Under the pieces are notes generated by a model that had not been told where the DNA came from, did no database searches, and saw nothing but the letters and a program-made list of their open reading frames with translations. The translations under genes were made by a program, and so were the position numbers. Shown here piece by piece: positions 10,533 through 20,962 of a DNA stretch of 64,000 nucleotides (its first letter is position 1; the number at the start of each line of letters is the position of its first letter). The stretch is from positions 660,084 to 724,083 of the forward strand of contig OY970230.1 of the NCBI GenBank assembly GCA_963714095.1, read 5' to 3'. The stretch comes from Candidatus Gottesmanbacteria bacterium. GTDB taxonomy: Bacteria; Patescibacteriota; Microgenomatia; UBA10105; UBA927.

Positions 10533-11635
10533 CACGAATACTTTTAGTCAATGTTGAGAGACAGTATACCGAATGCCGTCGTGAAATTGATGCTGCATAT
10601 CATCGGGTGGCGCATTCCGGTTCTTATATACTGGGAGCCGAAGTCACCGCATTTGAACAGGAGTTTGCTCATTACTGCGGAACTGACTACGCAGTAGGCG
10701 TGGCATCGGGATACGATTCATTAATATTGGCACTGCGCGCATTGGGAATAGGAGCGGGCGATGAAGTCATTACGGTATCCCATACGTTTATTTCGACTGT
10801 TTTGGCAATCCTTGCAGTTGGTGCGGTACCTATTTTGGTGGACGTTGACCCCAAGACGCTTCTTATGGATTGCTTGCAAATAAAGAAAAAGATTACATCC
10901 AAAACAAAAGCCATACTTCCGGTGCATCTCTATGGTAATGTCGTGGATATGGATTCTGTTATGGCAATTGCCCGGACCCATCATTTATTTATTGTTGAAG
11001 ATGCGTGCCAATCGCACGGGTCGTTGTATAAAGGGAAACATGCCGGCAGCATTGGTGATATCGGGTGTTTTTCGTTTTACCCGAGTAAAAATTTAGGAGC
11101 CATAGGCGACGGGGGTGTACTCGTTACGAATTCATCCCGCGTCGCAACGCGGGTAAAAATATTGCGGAATGTCGGCCAGCAAAAAAAATATCTGCATGTC
11201 ATCCGGGGATATAACAGCAGGTTAGATGCACTGCAGGCGGCGATTCTTCGCGTGAAACTCCGTCATCTAGATGAGTGGAATAAACAGCGCAGAATGATTG
11301 CCGCCACATATCGCGCAGCGTTTGCGCACCTACCCGTCCGGTGTGTTGAAGTACCAAAAAATGTACAGCCGAATTATCACCAGTTTGTCATAGAACTCCC
11401 CCGTCGGGAAAGGCTTGCGCGATACCTGGCGGAACGCGGTATTGATACCGGAATTCACTATCCTATCCCCATTCATTTACAGCCATGCATGAAATCGTTA
11501 GGGCTCCGGCGCGGGGATCTCCCCGCCACAGAAGCATGTGCCGCACACATCCTCTCCCTTCCGATGTTTCCGCAGCTGACGCCTCATGAGATAAAACGGG
11601 TAACTACGTCGATTCGAACATTTTTTCAGAGATGA
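10529..11635 (+). CDS. DegT/DnrJ/EryC1/StrS family aminotransferase
   Basis: PVHLYG, EDACQSHG, FSFYPSKNLGAIGDGG and NSRLD. Confidence 0.92.
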   Translation: MTRILLVNVERQYTECRREIDAAYHRVAHSGSYILGAEVTAFEQEFAHYCGTDYAVGVASGYDSLILALRALGIGAGDEVITVSHTFISTVLAILAVGAVPILVDVDPKTLLMDCLQIKKKITSKTKAILPVHLYGNVVDMDSVMAIARTHHLFIVEDACQSHGSLYKGKHAGSIGDIGCFSFYPSKNLGAIGDGGVLVTNSSRVATRVKILRNVGQQKKYLHVIRGYNSRLDALQAAILRVKLRHLDEWNKQRRMIAATYRAAFAHLPVRCVEVPKNVQPNYHQFVIELPRRERLARYLAERGIDTGIHYPIPIHLQPCMKSLGLRRGDLPATEACAAHILSLPMFPQLTPHEIKRVTTSIRTFFQR

Positions 11636-12228
11636 AGTTTATATATCGGACAGGAATTATTCTCTGTTTTCTTTTAGCAGCTCCTATTATGGGGGGTATC
11701 GCTTTTGTTGTTGCCGTGACCTCGGGTTTTCCTGTTTTTTTCCGCCAGAAGCGGGTCGGAAAAGACGGGAAACCCTTTATCATGTACAAATTCCGCACCA
11801 TGGTCAGAGGCTCTGAGGGGAAGCAGAAAAATTTGGAGAAATTCAACGAAGCGCATGGCCCCGTGTTTAAGCTGTATAATGACCCACGATATACCGGTTT
11901 CGGTAAATTCCTTGCTCACATTGGTTTTGATGAATTGCCCCAGTTGTACAACGTCCTACGGGGCGACATGGCACTTCTGGGACCCCGTCCCCTACCTGTT
12001 GCAGAAGAGCGGAAATTAGCGCCATGGCAAAAAGAGCGGGAGCAAATTCTCCCCGGGATTATTTCCCCCTGGATTTTGGAAGGGTATCACCGGACGACCT
12101 TTGATGCGTGGATGCGAAGTGACATTGCGTATAGAAAAAACAAAAGTTTTTGGTATGATACCCGGCTGTGTGCGCGTATGATCTTCTATATGGTCTCCCT
12201 CATCGGACACGAGATTGCCGGCGGGTGA
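11632..12228 (+). CDS. Sugar transferase (phosphoglycosyltransferase)
   Basis: FRQKRVGKDG.PF.MYKFRTM, DPR and DELPQLYNVLRGDMALLGPRP. Confidence 0.9.
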   Translation: MKFIYRTGIILCFLLAAPIMGGIAFVVAVTSGFPVFFRQKRVGKDGKPFIMYKFRTMVRGSEGKQKNLEKFNEAHGPVFKLYNDPRYTGFGKFLAHIGFDELPQLYNVLRGDMALLGPRPLPVAEERKLAPWQKEREQILPGIISPWILEGYHRTTFDAWMRSDIAYRKNKSFWYDTRLCARMIFYMVSLIGHEIAGG

Positions 12229-12285
12229 GCGTTTCTTCTCTATCTTGCACAATTTGCCCGTCCGCGATAGAGTGAGAATAGCACT

Positions 12286-12885
12286 ATGGAAACGAATTCC
12301 AAATGGAAGTATATATTGTTGAGCATCGGAGCATTTTTCGTTATCATCGTTATCGTGTATCTGCGCGTTGCCGCAGACTATCATATTCCGTTAGTTTCGC
12401 TTCTCCCGTCGCTGCCATTTATGAAAAGTGCGCCCGTTGCGACGCCTACTCCCGGGGTGAAGCCGACGTCCGTGCAGCGGTTTACGTCATCCACAGGTAT
12501 GGTGTCGTATACCGTGCGGGGAAAATTTGTGACGACTCCGATTTATAATGAACAAAATGTGTTGCAAAGCGAATTTGTCATAGACCAGGATCCGTCCGCT
12601 CAAAAAATTCCGGTAATTATGACAATCAAAACAGGTAAAATTAACGTCGGCAGGTCCCAGGGAAACCTCAACGGCACGACCGTATGGAAGCTGGAAGATA
12701 CGGAAAGTCTGCGACAAAGTATCAAAGTTAATGCGCCAGTACAGCTACGGTTGCAACCTATCACACCTACGCTCACGCCATACGATCTGTCCGTAAAAGA
12801 AACGATGGATAGCGTTATGGCAGGGTATTGGTCTATACCGGACGATTTTGTACTCCATCCAATGATGGTGGGAGTGGTGCAATAA
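12286..12885 (+). CDS. Hypothetical membrane-anchored protein
   Basis: N-terminal TM helix and a Pro/Thr linker. Confidence 0.7.
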   Translation: METNSKWKYILLSIGAFFVIIVIVYLRVAADYHIPLVSLLPSLPFMKSAPVATPTPGVKPTSVQRFTSSTGMVSYTVRGKFVTTPIYNEQNVLQSEFVIDQDPSAQKIPVIMTIKTGKINVGRSQGNLNGTTVWKLEDTESLRQSIKVNAPVQLRLQPITPTLTPYDLSVKETMDSVMAGYWSIPDDFVLHPMMVGVVQ

Positions 12886-12901
12886 ACAGGAACCTCAATT
12901 A

Positions 12902-12930
12902 TTGACAGTGCGGTGTATAATTGCTACTAT
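12902..12930 (+). promoter_or_regulatory. Sigma70 promoter of leaderless type
   Basis: TTGACA, 17 nt, TACTAT, then 6 nt to ATG 12937. Confidence 0.6.
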
Positions 12931-12936
12931 AGGGTT

Positions 12937-15174
12937 ATGTCGCCAATGCCGGAAATAAAATCACCACCTCCACCCGTTATTTGGGAAGCACAGTCAATCA
13001 ATGATATCTTCGGGGATCATGCAAAGCGGTCCAAAAGTAAGGTATCTCAAGGCTCTCCATATTCGCATGCCCAACATATTCATGAAACAATCGCGGCACA
13101 GCCATCTCAGCAATTGGAACAACCGCGGGTAGAATTTTACGGCTCGTCTCATAGCGGAAAAGGGCATACACTGTATGATGTCGGACAAACCCATCCCGCA
13201 CCGGAGGAACATTTTGTTGATACTGCAGCACATGAAAATGCATTGCAGATTGCGATAGCTGCACACCCATCTCTTCATGAGGCAATACAGACATTGCACG
13301 CTGTCGATTCTCACATTGATGCCGATGTGGGGTACTCCGCAGGGAAACTCATTGAAACGCTTCAAACTCAAGAAGGCAGCACTGCCTTTATGGATGTTGT
13401 TTCTCATTTAACCAACGGTGAGCGTGATGGTGTTGCAAAGCTTGAGAGAGCGGCGCTTGCCCAGATTGGACTGGACACGGTATTTGATCACGTACGCGAG
13501 ACATCTCCGAAAGGTACCATAAAAGCGATCAAAGAAACCGCCGAGCAGATTGTACAAACTATGCAATCTGATATATCTGTTTCTGAGGCGCAACAGGGAA
13601 CAGAACGTCTTGTCAATAATCTGCAAAGTTCCCATACGGCTACTGAAAATGCTGAATTGTCTGCTATTCTGGCTGCCCTTGTTGCGGCTGAAGCGGTTTC
13701 GGTTAAAAAGCTTGGCTTGAAAAATACGATTGTCATCAATTCGTTGATAGCGCTGGCCGGGTGCAGCGCGGGTCCCGGTGTCCTGTCACAGGAACGGACG
13801 GCTACTGCACGCCCGCTTCTTACGGAATCAGCGATGGACTTAACCCTGACCGGTAATTTTTCCCATCTGGACGTCAGCAGTCCAACGAGCGCCATGCAAA
13901 TGATGGATACGCTGAAGAATTTTTATGAAACCCAGCGTCCGACCGCGGATTTTTCAACGGTAACCCTGTCCTATATTCACATACAGAATCCAAACAACGG
14001 GTTTGGGTGGGAGGTAGCCGTCAGTTCTCCTGTTGCTACTCTAAGTACGACAGGTGAACCAATAGCTTTTATGACATATCGGAAGACGGACGGAACAATT
14101 GACATTATGACCGTCATTTGGACAGAGCAGGAACAGGAGCCCGGCGGCGTCGTGGGTTCGACACTGCGGACATTAGTGCCTGAAGGGGATAATATAGTGA
14201 AGGGGAATTTAGTGTTTGGTCTGAGTGCATTGCCTGGCGGGGGGACAGAGGTGACATTGTCCAATCCGGATAATCCGCAAGCCCCTCCCCAATTATTGAC
14301 GACAGAAAAACAGTATGCGCCTGTTGATCTTTTGCAGGCCATCGGGATAGTGCCGGCATCCGCCAAAGCAGCGGGGTTGGAATCGTCCCCGATAAGTGCA
14401 GTCCCGTCGGCGGATATGCTGGCGGCCACGTCCACTATTACTGCGACCTTGGAGCCAAGCATTACGCCCACGGCGACCCTGGAGCCAACCGCAACTCCGG
14501 AAGCGCTCGGCGGCGCCCAAGTAGCATATTTGTGGGAGAGTAATCAAGAACTCACATCACTGCCACAAAGCGTTATAGATCTTATTTCTTCGGATCCTAC
14601 GAATGTTAATAAGCCTATTGCCCCTGATTTTTGGAGTAATTATCCTACGGGTCTTTTTTATAGTGACGGAGCCACACCTTTTCCGTGGGGTAAATTTTTT
14701 GTCGAAAAATTCGGGAATCACATGCTCGTGGATATCCCTGTTTTATTTAGAGGCACTTTAGAAATACCCAGACCGGGGGGGGAAATCATCTTATTATTTG
14801 TTTTTGAGACTCCTGCGGCAGGCGGAACAAATGTGATAGTCTCACTGATGCATGACGGGCCTAATATGGGTTCTGTAGAAATAGATCATCTCAATAACGG
14901 CATACCTTCCAGTTGGGGTGGCACATGGGATAGTCCTGTAGATAGTTCAACTATTAGTCCAGGATTTACATTTACAGGTGTTGGCAACGGCAGAGAGATC
15001 GCTAATTTACTTAAAGCATATCAAGGCAAGACGATTATTGCCAGATTTGTAACAGACGAGGGCACTACTACCGCTTCCTGCCTTGAGAACGTCGTTCAAG
15101 GTAAGCTTTTGGGCCAGAATAGTCAGAAGATAGATGTTATTAACCCGCTTGGTGGCGTAATGCTTCCCAAATAA
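12937..15174 (+). CDS. Large hypothetical protein with an internal lipobox-like segment and a Pro/Thr linker
   Basis: Long ORF; LIALAGC; TATLEPSITPTATLEPTATP. Confidence 0.75.
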   Translation: MSPMPEIKSPPPPVIWEAQSINDIFGDHAKRSKSKVSQGSPYSHAQHIHETIAAQPSQQLEQPRVEFYGSSHSGKGHTLYDVGQTHPAPEEHFVDTAAHENALQIAIAAHPSLHEAIQTLHAVDSHIDADVGYSAGKLIETLQTQEGSTAFMDVVSHLTNGERDGVAKLERAALAQIGLDTVFDHVRETSPKGTIKAIKETAEQIVQTMQSDISVSEAQQGTERLVNNLQSSHTATENAELSAILAALVAAEAVSVKKLGLKNTIVINSLIALAGCSAGPGVLSQERTATARPLLTESAMDLTLTGNFSHLDVSSPTSAMQMMDTLKNFYETQRPTADFSTVTLSYIHIQNPNNGFGWEVAVSSPVATLSTTGEPIAFMTYRKTDGTIDIMTVIWTEQEQEPGGVVGSTLRTLVPEGDNIVKGNLVFGLSALPGGGTEVTLSNPDNPQAPPQLLTTEKQYAPVDLLQAIGIVPASAKAAGLESSPISAVPSADMLAATSTITATLEPSITPTATLEPTATPEALGGAQVAYLWESNQELTSLPQSVIDLISSDPTNVNKPIAPDFWSNYPTGLFYSDGATPFPWGKFFVEKFGNHMLVDIPVLFRGTLEIPRPGGEIILLFVFETPAAGGTNVIVSLMHDGPNMGSVEIDHLNNGIPSSWGGTWDSPVDSSTISPGFTFTGVGNGREIANLLKAYQGKTIIARFVTDEGTTTASCLENVVQGKLLGQNSQKIDVINPLGGVMLPK

Positions 15175-15236
15175 ATATTTTTTGTATTAAATTGAGTTGC
15201 ATAATATTCCTCAATGTTATACGGTAATATGAGTAT

Positions 15237-16973
15237 ATGTCATGCGGTTTGCCTCTAAAAAGCGTAACGAAAAAGTTGCTGAGGGTATTCTTTTTTATAG
15301 GTGTAGCTGTAGTTGCTGTGGCTATAGTTGGAAATAAGAATCCTGCTGCTGCTGATGTTTGTTACATGAACCTTGTGATTAGTGAACACCGATGTGTAGG
15401 GGTTATTCAAACTTGCACTTATTGGGAGTCAGCGTGCGTAGGACAGGAAGGGGGTGGCGACGGGAGTACAGCTGCCCAAGCAAAAGCTAACTGTGCAATC
15501 GGTTGTAGTGGTGTTTACGGGGTATATTGTGGAGATGCTTATTGTGTATCATATACAAATCCGACAGATTGTGAGGCACAGACTTTTACTGCAGCATGCG
15601 GATATAATCCTGTTACTAATGATTGTTCAACTGCAGTACAAATAGTAAGCTGCGAGGGTCAGGCGTCTGGTACTCCTTGCTCGGAAACTTCAACACCCTC
15701 AAAACGTGATTGTTGGGGGCCGGGACCGACGGACACACCCACAAACACACCCGCGCCAGGTACACCCACAGCTACACCCAAACCACCCACTCCCACCCCT
15801 ACGGCTACACCCATCCCTACGGCTACACCCATCCCTACGGCTACCCCCACTCCCACAGCCACTCCCACACCGGTACCCGGTACAATACGTGCGCGGGCGG
15901 TGCAGGTGAGCGACACGGATACCTCATGTGCCGCGGTAACCACGTCAAGTACCGGAATTGGCGGCGCTGTGCATCAGTTTACGCCGTCCTCCGCAAGCCA
16001 ACCCGCGCCCCAGACACAAAGCGGAAGCACGTATGTTACGTTTAACAGTTTGGTCCCGGGAATCTATACGATAAATTCCCAGACTCCTTCCCAGTATGTA
16101 TTTGCACGCGCATGCTGGTCCGACTCATTCAGCGGTATTTCGGGAGAAGGATATACTCAAACGCTGGGAGCGGGGGATACCGTTACCTGGAATTTGGGAT
16201 ATACGCTTGGCGTTGCATGGGTTCAGGCCCAGGGAGGCGATGTGAACGCATCGGGAACTCTGCAGTCGTTTGTGCCGGTGGGCGCTACCCCGCGGGCATT
16301 TATCCTGGACGGAACAGCGGGTGGGTATCCCGGAGTGGCTACGTACGGAACGGATTATACTTTTGACAGTAGCGGTGTCACAAATGGACAGGCGTGGGTG
16401 TCCAGTAAAAATTGGCTGGTGAAAGATACCACAACCGACACGAATTTTTACCAGCTTCTATACCAACAGTTCGGCTCACCGACGACGGCGGATTTTTCCG
16501 GCGGAAAGACGGTGAACGCACAATCAGAATTTTTCAATTTACCCCACCCCTCTCCGTATTATGTCACCGGCGCATTGACGGTTGACGGATCTGACTGGTC
16601 AGTTGGAGCAGGACAAACGATCGTTGTTTTCGTCAACGGAAATCTGACAATAAAAAGAAATATTAATATTACAGGAAGCGGATTTGCCGCGTTTATCGTT
16701 AACGGGAATATTACTGTTGATCCGTCTGTGGGGTCGCTTGAGGGCATCTACATCACGTCTCCCTCCGGTATATTTGATACCGGTACCGGAGCCGTTCGGC
16801 TTGTGGGGACCGGTTCGTTTGTTGCCGGTAATTTTACCCTGCAGCGCGATGTGGGCGATCTCTTAAATCCCACCACGTCATCGGAACTCTTTATCTATAA
16901 TCCGCAGCTGCTTCTGACGATGCCCGACCAAATGAAACAACTTTCAGTGCAATGGCAGGAAATTGCGCCGTAA
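15237..16973 (+). CDS. Secreted surface protein: Cys-rich N-domain, PT-repeat linker, beta-rich C-domain
   Basis: Signal peptide, many Cys, PTATPI repeats, and VFVNGNLTI/IVNGNITV repeats. Confidence 0.78.
   Translation: MSCGLPLKSVTKKLLRVFFFIGVAVVAVAIVGNKNPAAADVCYMNLVISEHRCVGVIQTCTYWESACVGQEGGGDGSTAAQAKANCAIGCSGVYGVYCGDAYCVSYTNPTDCEAQTFTAACGYNPVTNDCSTAVQIVSCEGQASGTPCSETSTPSKRDCWGPGPTDTPTNTPAPGTPTATPKPPTPTPTATPIPTATPIPTATPTPTATPTPVPGTIRARAVQVSDTDTSCAAVTTSSTGIGGAVHQFTPSSASQPAPQTQSGSTYVTFNSLVPGIYTINSQTPSQYVFARACWSDSFSGISGEGYTQTLGAGDTVTWNLGYTLGVAWVQAQGGDVNASGTLQSFVPVGATPRAFILDGTAGGYPGVATYGTDYTFDSSGVTNGQAWVSSKNWLVKDTTTDTNFYQLLYQQFGSPTTADFSGGKTVNAQSEFFNLPHPSPYYVTGALTVDGSDWSVGAGQTIVVFVNGNLTIKRNINITGSGFAAFIVNGNITVDPSVGSLEGIYITSPSGIFDTGTGAVRLVGTGSFVAGNFTLQRDVGDLLNPTTSSELFIYNPQLLLTMPDQMKQLSVQWQEIAP
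15798..15850 (+). repeat. 18-bp coding tandem repeat (PTATPI)
   Basis: cctacggctacacccatc twice plus a partial copy. Confidence 0.8.
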
Positions 16974-17037
16974 ACCAGCCCCGCGAATTATTGTCAATTT
17001 GACTTCATCCCAAGAAGGGTATATAGGGTTATAATGA

Positions 17038-19251
17038 ATGGCAAATCCCGCTGGAACAACCTTTTCTTCGCTTTTTAAAAAATACCGTTTACGTTCGGAG
17101 TTGGCAACGCTTTCCGAATTCGGCCGGATGCTTGCGGATGAAGGCGTGGTATATGAAGACAGCCTGTTTTACCGGTGGCAAAATAATACGCGCGTCCCCA
17201 GATATAGGAATATCCTTCTTGCAGTTATCCGTGTTTTTATAAAACGCGGAGGGATTGTGTCAATTGAACAGGCAAATGCCCTTCTTGCCAGTACGGGGCA
17301 ACGGGATTTGACTCAGGAAGACGTGGTAGCGCTTCCGTTTCTTCTCACAACATCACCGTTTACCGTTCCCGCATTATCCCCCGATTTTATCGGACGCACA
17401 AAGCCAATAAAAGAAATATGCTGGTCGCTTTTAAACAGGCAGACGGTACTGCTTCACGGTATGGCGGGAGTCGGCAAAACAATGCTGGCTGTCTATTGCG
17501 GACATTTTTTGAAAAAGACGTTCCGTGACGGCGTTTTGTGGTACCGGTTTGATATTCGATCGGCAGAAGACATTTTTAATGATATTGCGAGATCGTACGG
17601 AGAGGACATTTCCGGCATACGGGATGTACGGGTAAAAGCACAGCGCATACGCGATCTATTGGCTCAAAAAGACGTGCTTCTCATCTTGGATAACGTTGAC
17701 GATTTTACCCACATAGATCTTTTTATGAATGAATCTTCTAGGATTCCCCTCCTCCTCACATCCAAGCGATGTCCGGAGCTCGGCGCACTCGTCGCGCCGC
17801 TGAGAATTGACACGTTTACCCCCACGGAAGTGAACGAATTAGCCCGGCGTATTTTAGGCCGTGCGTACGTTATGAGTCACGAGACGAGCATCCAACGTGT
17901 TGCGCGCGAGACCGGCAGTTTGCCGTTGGCTCTCATGGTTATTTTTAAACACGCCACACGTTCGCCTCACGCGCTCAATTGTTTTATGCATCGGTTTCAT
18001 TATGCAGATCTTCAGTTCGGCAATCTTCACTATGATGACAAAAATCTTGAATTATCACTGCAGATTTCGTTTCAGTCGCTTTCCACAGAGCTTCGAAAAA
18101 CATGTCTGTCGGTTGGCATGTTTTCCGGAAGTGATTTTTCTGCCGACGCGGTGGCTGCGGCAACGAAAGAATCAAAAGCTACGGTTGTCAAACGCCTGAA
18201 ACAACTCGAATCCCTTTCTTTTTTGGAGAAATCACTGGCGCACAGGTACCGGGTTCACCCGTTCATCATGTCTTTTCTTGCGCGAAAGACCCGGGGCGAC
18301 GCACCGTATAGGGAACTCGCACGGTATTTTATCCGGTTTTTGGGAAAGGGAGGGCGGGGAAACCGTACATTTTATCCGCAGATTGAAGAAGAGCTGGATA
18401 CCATTATCGGTGTGTTTTTGCGGTGCAAAGAACTCGGAGCGAGGGAAGAAATGATTGAACTGTGGGAATATCTTGGAATTTTTTTGTGGGATACGGGACG
18501 CTGGCACGAGGTAGATACATACGGACATATTGTTTGTGCTGTGTGCCGGCGTCAAAAAAATCAGCGGGCGCTGGCATCGTGTCTTATACGGGAACTTTGT
18601 TGGCTGCAGTACTGGCGGGGAGATTTGAAATCCGCTTTGTCCTCGGTAGAGTCAGGAATGAGAATAGTGGAGCGTCTGAAAGATGCGCCGCTTATTGCAT
18701 TGGCACGGATCCGTTTAGGAAAAATTTATGAAAGTCAGAAGCGGTGTCATCTGGCGCTTGTGTGTTTTACGCATGCCTTTGAATACTTTAGCAGTGAGCG
18801 TAACCAAGAGAAACAGGGTGATATATTAACCTACATGGGAGAAACATATTGGTTGATGGGAAACAGTACAAAAGCGAAATTTTATCTTCACCGCGCATTA
18901 CATATCGTGCGCGCAATTGGTGATATTCCGCAGGAAATTACCATCGTTTCACGTCTGGGCTGTATTGCCCTTCAGGAGAAACATTTCAGGAATGCGATCT
19001 CACAATTCAGGAAAAGCTTGTTATTGGAAAAAACATCAGGTCGCAGGGTCGGTGATACGTTTTGGAACAATCTCGCACTCGGTTTAACGTACGAGGCGTT
19101 GGGGAATCACAGGCAGGCCCGGGATAAATTTCAATTGGCAAAGGACGAAATGATAGTGGTAGGTTTTAATGAACAAATTCTGCAGGTTGATGTTTTCCCG
19201 ATGATATTCAAAAATGAACTCAGGCATTGCGGATTTTTATTTACTGCGTAA
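17038..19251 (+). CDS. STAND NTPase: N-terminal HTH-like domain, NB-ARC and TPR repeats
   Basis: FIGR, Walker A GMAGVGKT, Walker B LLILDNV, GSLPLAL, YRVHP and a TPR-like C-terminus. Confidence 0.85.
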   Translation: MANPAGTTFSSLFKKYRLRSELATLSEFGRMLADEGVVYEDSLFYRWQNNTRVPRYRNILLAVIRVFIKRGGIVSIEQANALLASTGQRDLTQEDVVALPFLLTTSPFTVPALSPDFIGRTKPIKEICWSLLNRQTVLLHGMAGVGKTMLAVYCGHFLKKTFRDGVLWYRFDIRSAEDIFNDIARSYGEDISGIRDVRVKAQRIRDLLAQKDVLLILDNVDDFTHIDLFMNESSRIPLLLTSKRCPELGALVAPLRIDTFTPTEVNELARRILGRAYVMSHETSIQRVARETGSLPLALMVIFKHATRSPHALNCFMHRFHYADLQFGNLHYDDKNLELSLQISFQSLSTELRKTCLSVGMFSGSDFSADAVAAATKESKATVVKRLKQLESLSFLEKSLAHRYRVHPFIMSFLARKTRGDAPYRELARYFIRFLGKGGRGNRTFYPQIEEELDTIIGVFLRCKELGAREEMIELWEYLGIFLWDTGRWHEVDTYGHIVCAVCRRQKNQRALASCLIRELCWLQYWRGDLKSALSSVESGMRIVERLKDAPLIALARIRLGKIYESQKRCHLALVCFTHAFEYFSSERNQEKQGDILTYMGETYWLMGNSTKAKFYLHRALHIVRAIGDIPQEITIVSRLGCIALQEKHFRNAISQFRKSLLLEKTSGRRVGDTFWNNLALGLTYEALGNHRQARDKFQLAKDEMIVVGFNEQILQVDVFPMIFKNELRHCGFLFTA

Positions 19252-19275
19252 GCGTGACGTGGGTATACTTGTGAT

Positions 19276-19818
19276 ATGACGAAAGAACGGGTAGAACATG
19301 TTATATTGGCAGACACCGATATTACTCTTGTATGCGGCGATATTACGGCGCTTTCGGTTGATGCCATTGTCAATGCGGCTGACCCGAAGCTGTTGGGCGG
19401 CAAAGGCGTAGACGGGGCTATTCATAGAGCGGCAGGACCTAAACTCCTGGAAGAATGCAGAACATTAGGAGGCTGTGATACCGGGGAAGCAAAACTTACC
19501 CATGGGTATAATTTGCCGGCTCGATATGTTATTCAGACAGTCGGTCCTGTTTACGGTACTGAAAACGGGAGGGAGCCGGAGCTTCTGGCTTCCTGTTATA
19601 GAAAGAGTCTGGATCTTGCGAAACAGCATGATATTAAAACCATAGCCTTTCCATCGATTTCTACCGGTTACTTCGGGTATCCGATACGGGAAGCAGTCAA
19701 AATTGTTCGTAAAGCCATTGCTGACTATCTCCAACAGGAACACTCTTTTCAAAAAATACTATTTGTTTTGTATACTCCGGCTGATTTTGCGGTCTATCAA
19801 AGAGAATTTGCTTCTTAA
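19276..19818 (+). CDS. Macrodomain O-acetyl-ADP-ribose deacetylase (YmdB-like)
   Basis: GDIT, DAIVNAA, GGKGVDGAIH and FPSISTGYFGYP. Confidence 0.92.
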   Translation: MTKERVEHVILADTDITLVCGDITALSVDAIVNAADPKLLGGKGVDGAIHRAAGPKLLEECRTLGGCDTGEAKLTHGYNLPARYVIQTVGPVYGTENGREPELLASCYRKSLDLAKQHDIKTIAFPSISTGYFGYPIREAVKIVRKAIADYLQQEHSFQKILFVLYTPADFAVYQREFAS

Positions 19819-20306
19819 ACTCCGATATTTCTCTTCAGTAATGATAACGCAGCAGCATGAAAAGACTCATGGGCTGAAGACATACAGAGATTTTTTATAA
19901 GAGATATGCGATATCCCCTATCGAACGCGTCGTATGCTGTTGCCAATACGCAACAATCCGTGTCAATGCCGCAGAGACAAAGTTTTTGAATACCGTGATT
20001 TTTTAAGAGTGTGTTCACGCCGGGGACTTTTAATGCCGAATATACATGTTTAGAAACGAGTATTCCCTGCGTAAGCACCGGTTGCAGGTCGCGGGCAATG
20101 TCCGTATCTTCCGGGGTCATACTTTTTTTCCACCCAGGGAGGCGATATACACTGGATGTCGGGGTATTGACGAAGTGCGTAAAAATAATCATATCAAATT
20201 TTTCCTTATTGTTTTGGATATACCGGCAGATTTTTCCCGGCAGCGATGCGGTGCGTGTATTGATAAAAAAGTTTTGTACGTCGATAACGAGCAGTGCCTG
20301 TTTCAT
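19815..20306 (-). CDS. Isochorismatase-family cysteine hydrolase
   Basis: ALLVIDVQN, K.VYSA and GIDTDCCV.ATA.DA. Confidence 0.88.
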   Translation of the reverse strand: MKQALLVIDVQNFFINTRTASLPGKICRYIQNNKEKFDMIIFTHFVNTPTSSVYRLPGWKKSMTPEDTDIARDLQPVLTQGILVSKHVYSALKVPGVNTLLKNHGIQKLCLCGIDTDCCVLATAYDAFDRGYRISLIKNLCMSSAHESFHAAALSLLKRNIGV

Positions 20307-20460
20307 GTTTTCGATAATACACGTTTACCATTCTTCGGTCAAAAATTGTGTGCCGTAGCCGCGTTTCAGAGACTGTCATTTTTTCTGACACTATTGTCAT
20401 AGACAGGGAACGTCTCATTTTTTATAGTAACGCCGAAACCATACATGTGCGGTCGGGTTT

Positions 20461-20772
20461 ATGGATATACAACGTATGCGTATTAAGAGCGTATTAAGCC
20501 AACGAAATTTGTATCTTTTTCCGACTCAGGCAGCTGCCAGAGACGTATTTTCCGATACCGCATTTGACTATATGCACGGCTACGTTTCTCCCTCGTACTT
20601 TTATCTTCTTGTGAGGGAGCTTTTATTCATAAATGCCCGGGCAAAACAACCGTTCCTTAAAAACAAGCACCTTGTCAGAGAAATGTATATGGCGTTGCGC
20701 CTTAGCGTTTCCGGAACTCCGGCTGCGGAACGCATGAAGATACGCAATCAGCTTATCCACTACGCGTTTTAA
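20461..20772 (+). CDS. Hypothetical protein
   Basis: ATG-started ORF filling the gap; no recognised motif. Confidence 0.45.
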   Translation: MDIQRMRIKSVLSQRNLYLFPTQAAARDVFSDTAFDYMHGYVSPSYFYLLVRELLFINARAKQPFLKNKHLVREMYMALRLSVSGTPAAERMKIRNQLIHYAF

Positions 20773-20819
20773 CCGGTAAGGATATTGTGCCGCGGGTAAA
20801 GTCCTGATATACTTACACT

Positions 20820-20957
20820 ATGCCCAAACGCGTCTATCAGCCGAAAAAGAAAAAACGGATCCGAACCCACGGATTCCGTCTGCGGATGCGGACAATCGGC
20901 GGCCGTAAGGTTTTGAAGCACCGCCGCCTGGTAGGGCGCCGCCGCGTAAGCCTGTAA
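20820..20957 (+). CDS. rpmH: 50S ribosomal protein L34
   Basis: Hand-translated [45 protein letters not shown]; upstream of rnpA; absent from the ORF track. Confidence 0.95.
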   Translation: MPKRVYQPKKKKRIRTHGFRLRMRTIGGRKVLKHRRLVGRRRVSL

Positions 20958-20962
20958 ACCAC

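Noticed and set aside
15720-15880. Tandem repeats as a regulatory or mobile feature
   Set aside because: They are explained as an in-frame Pro/Thr linker.
20750-20820. oriC/dnaA expected upstream of rpmH
   Set aside because: No dnaA is present, and only one imperfect DnaA-box-like sequence (ttatccact) was seen.
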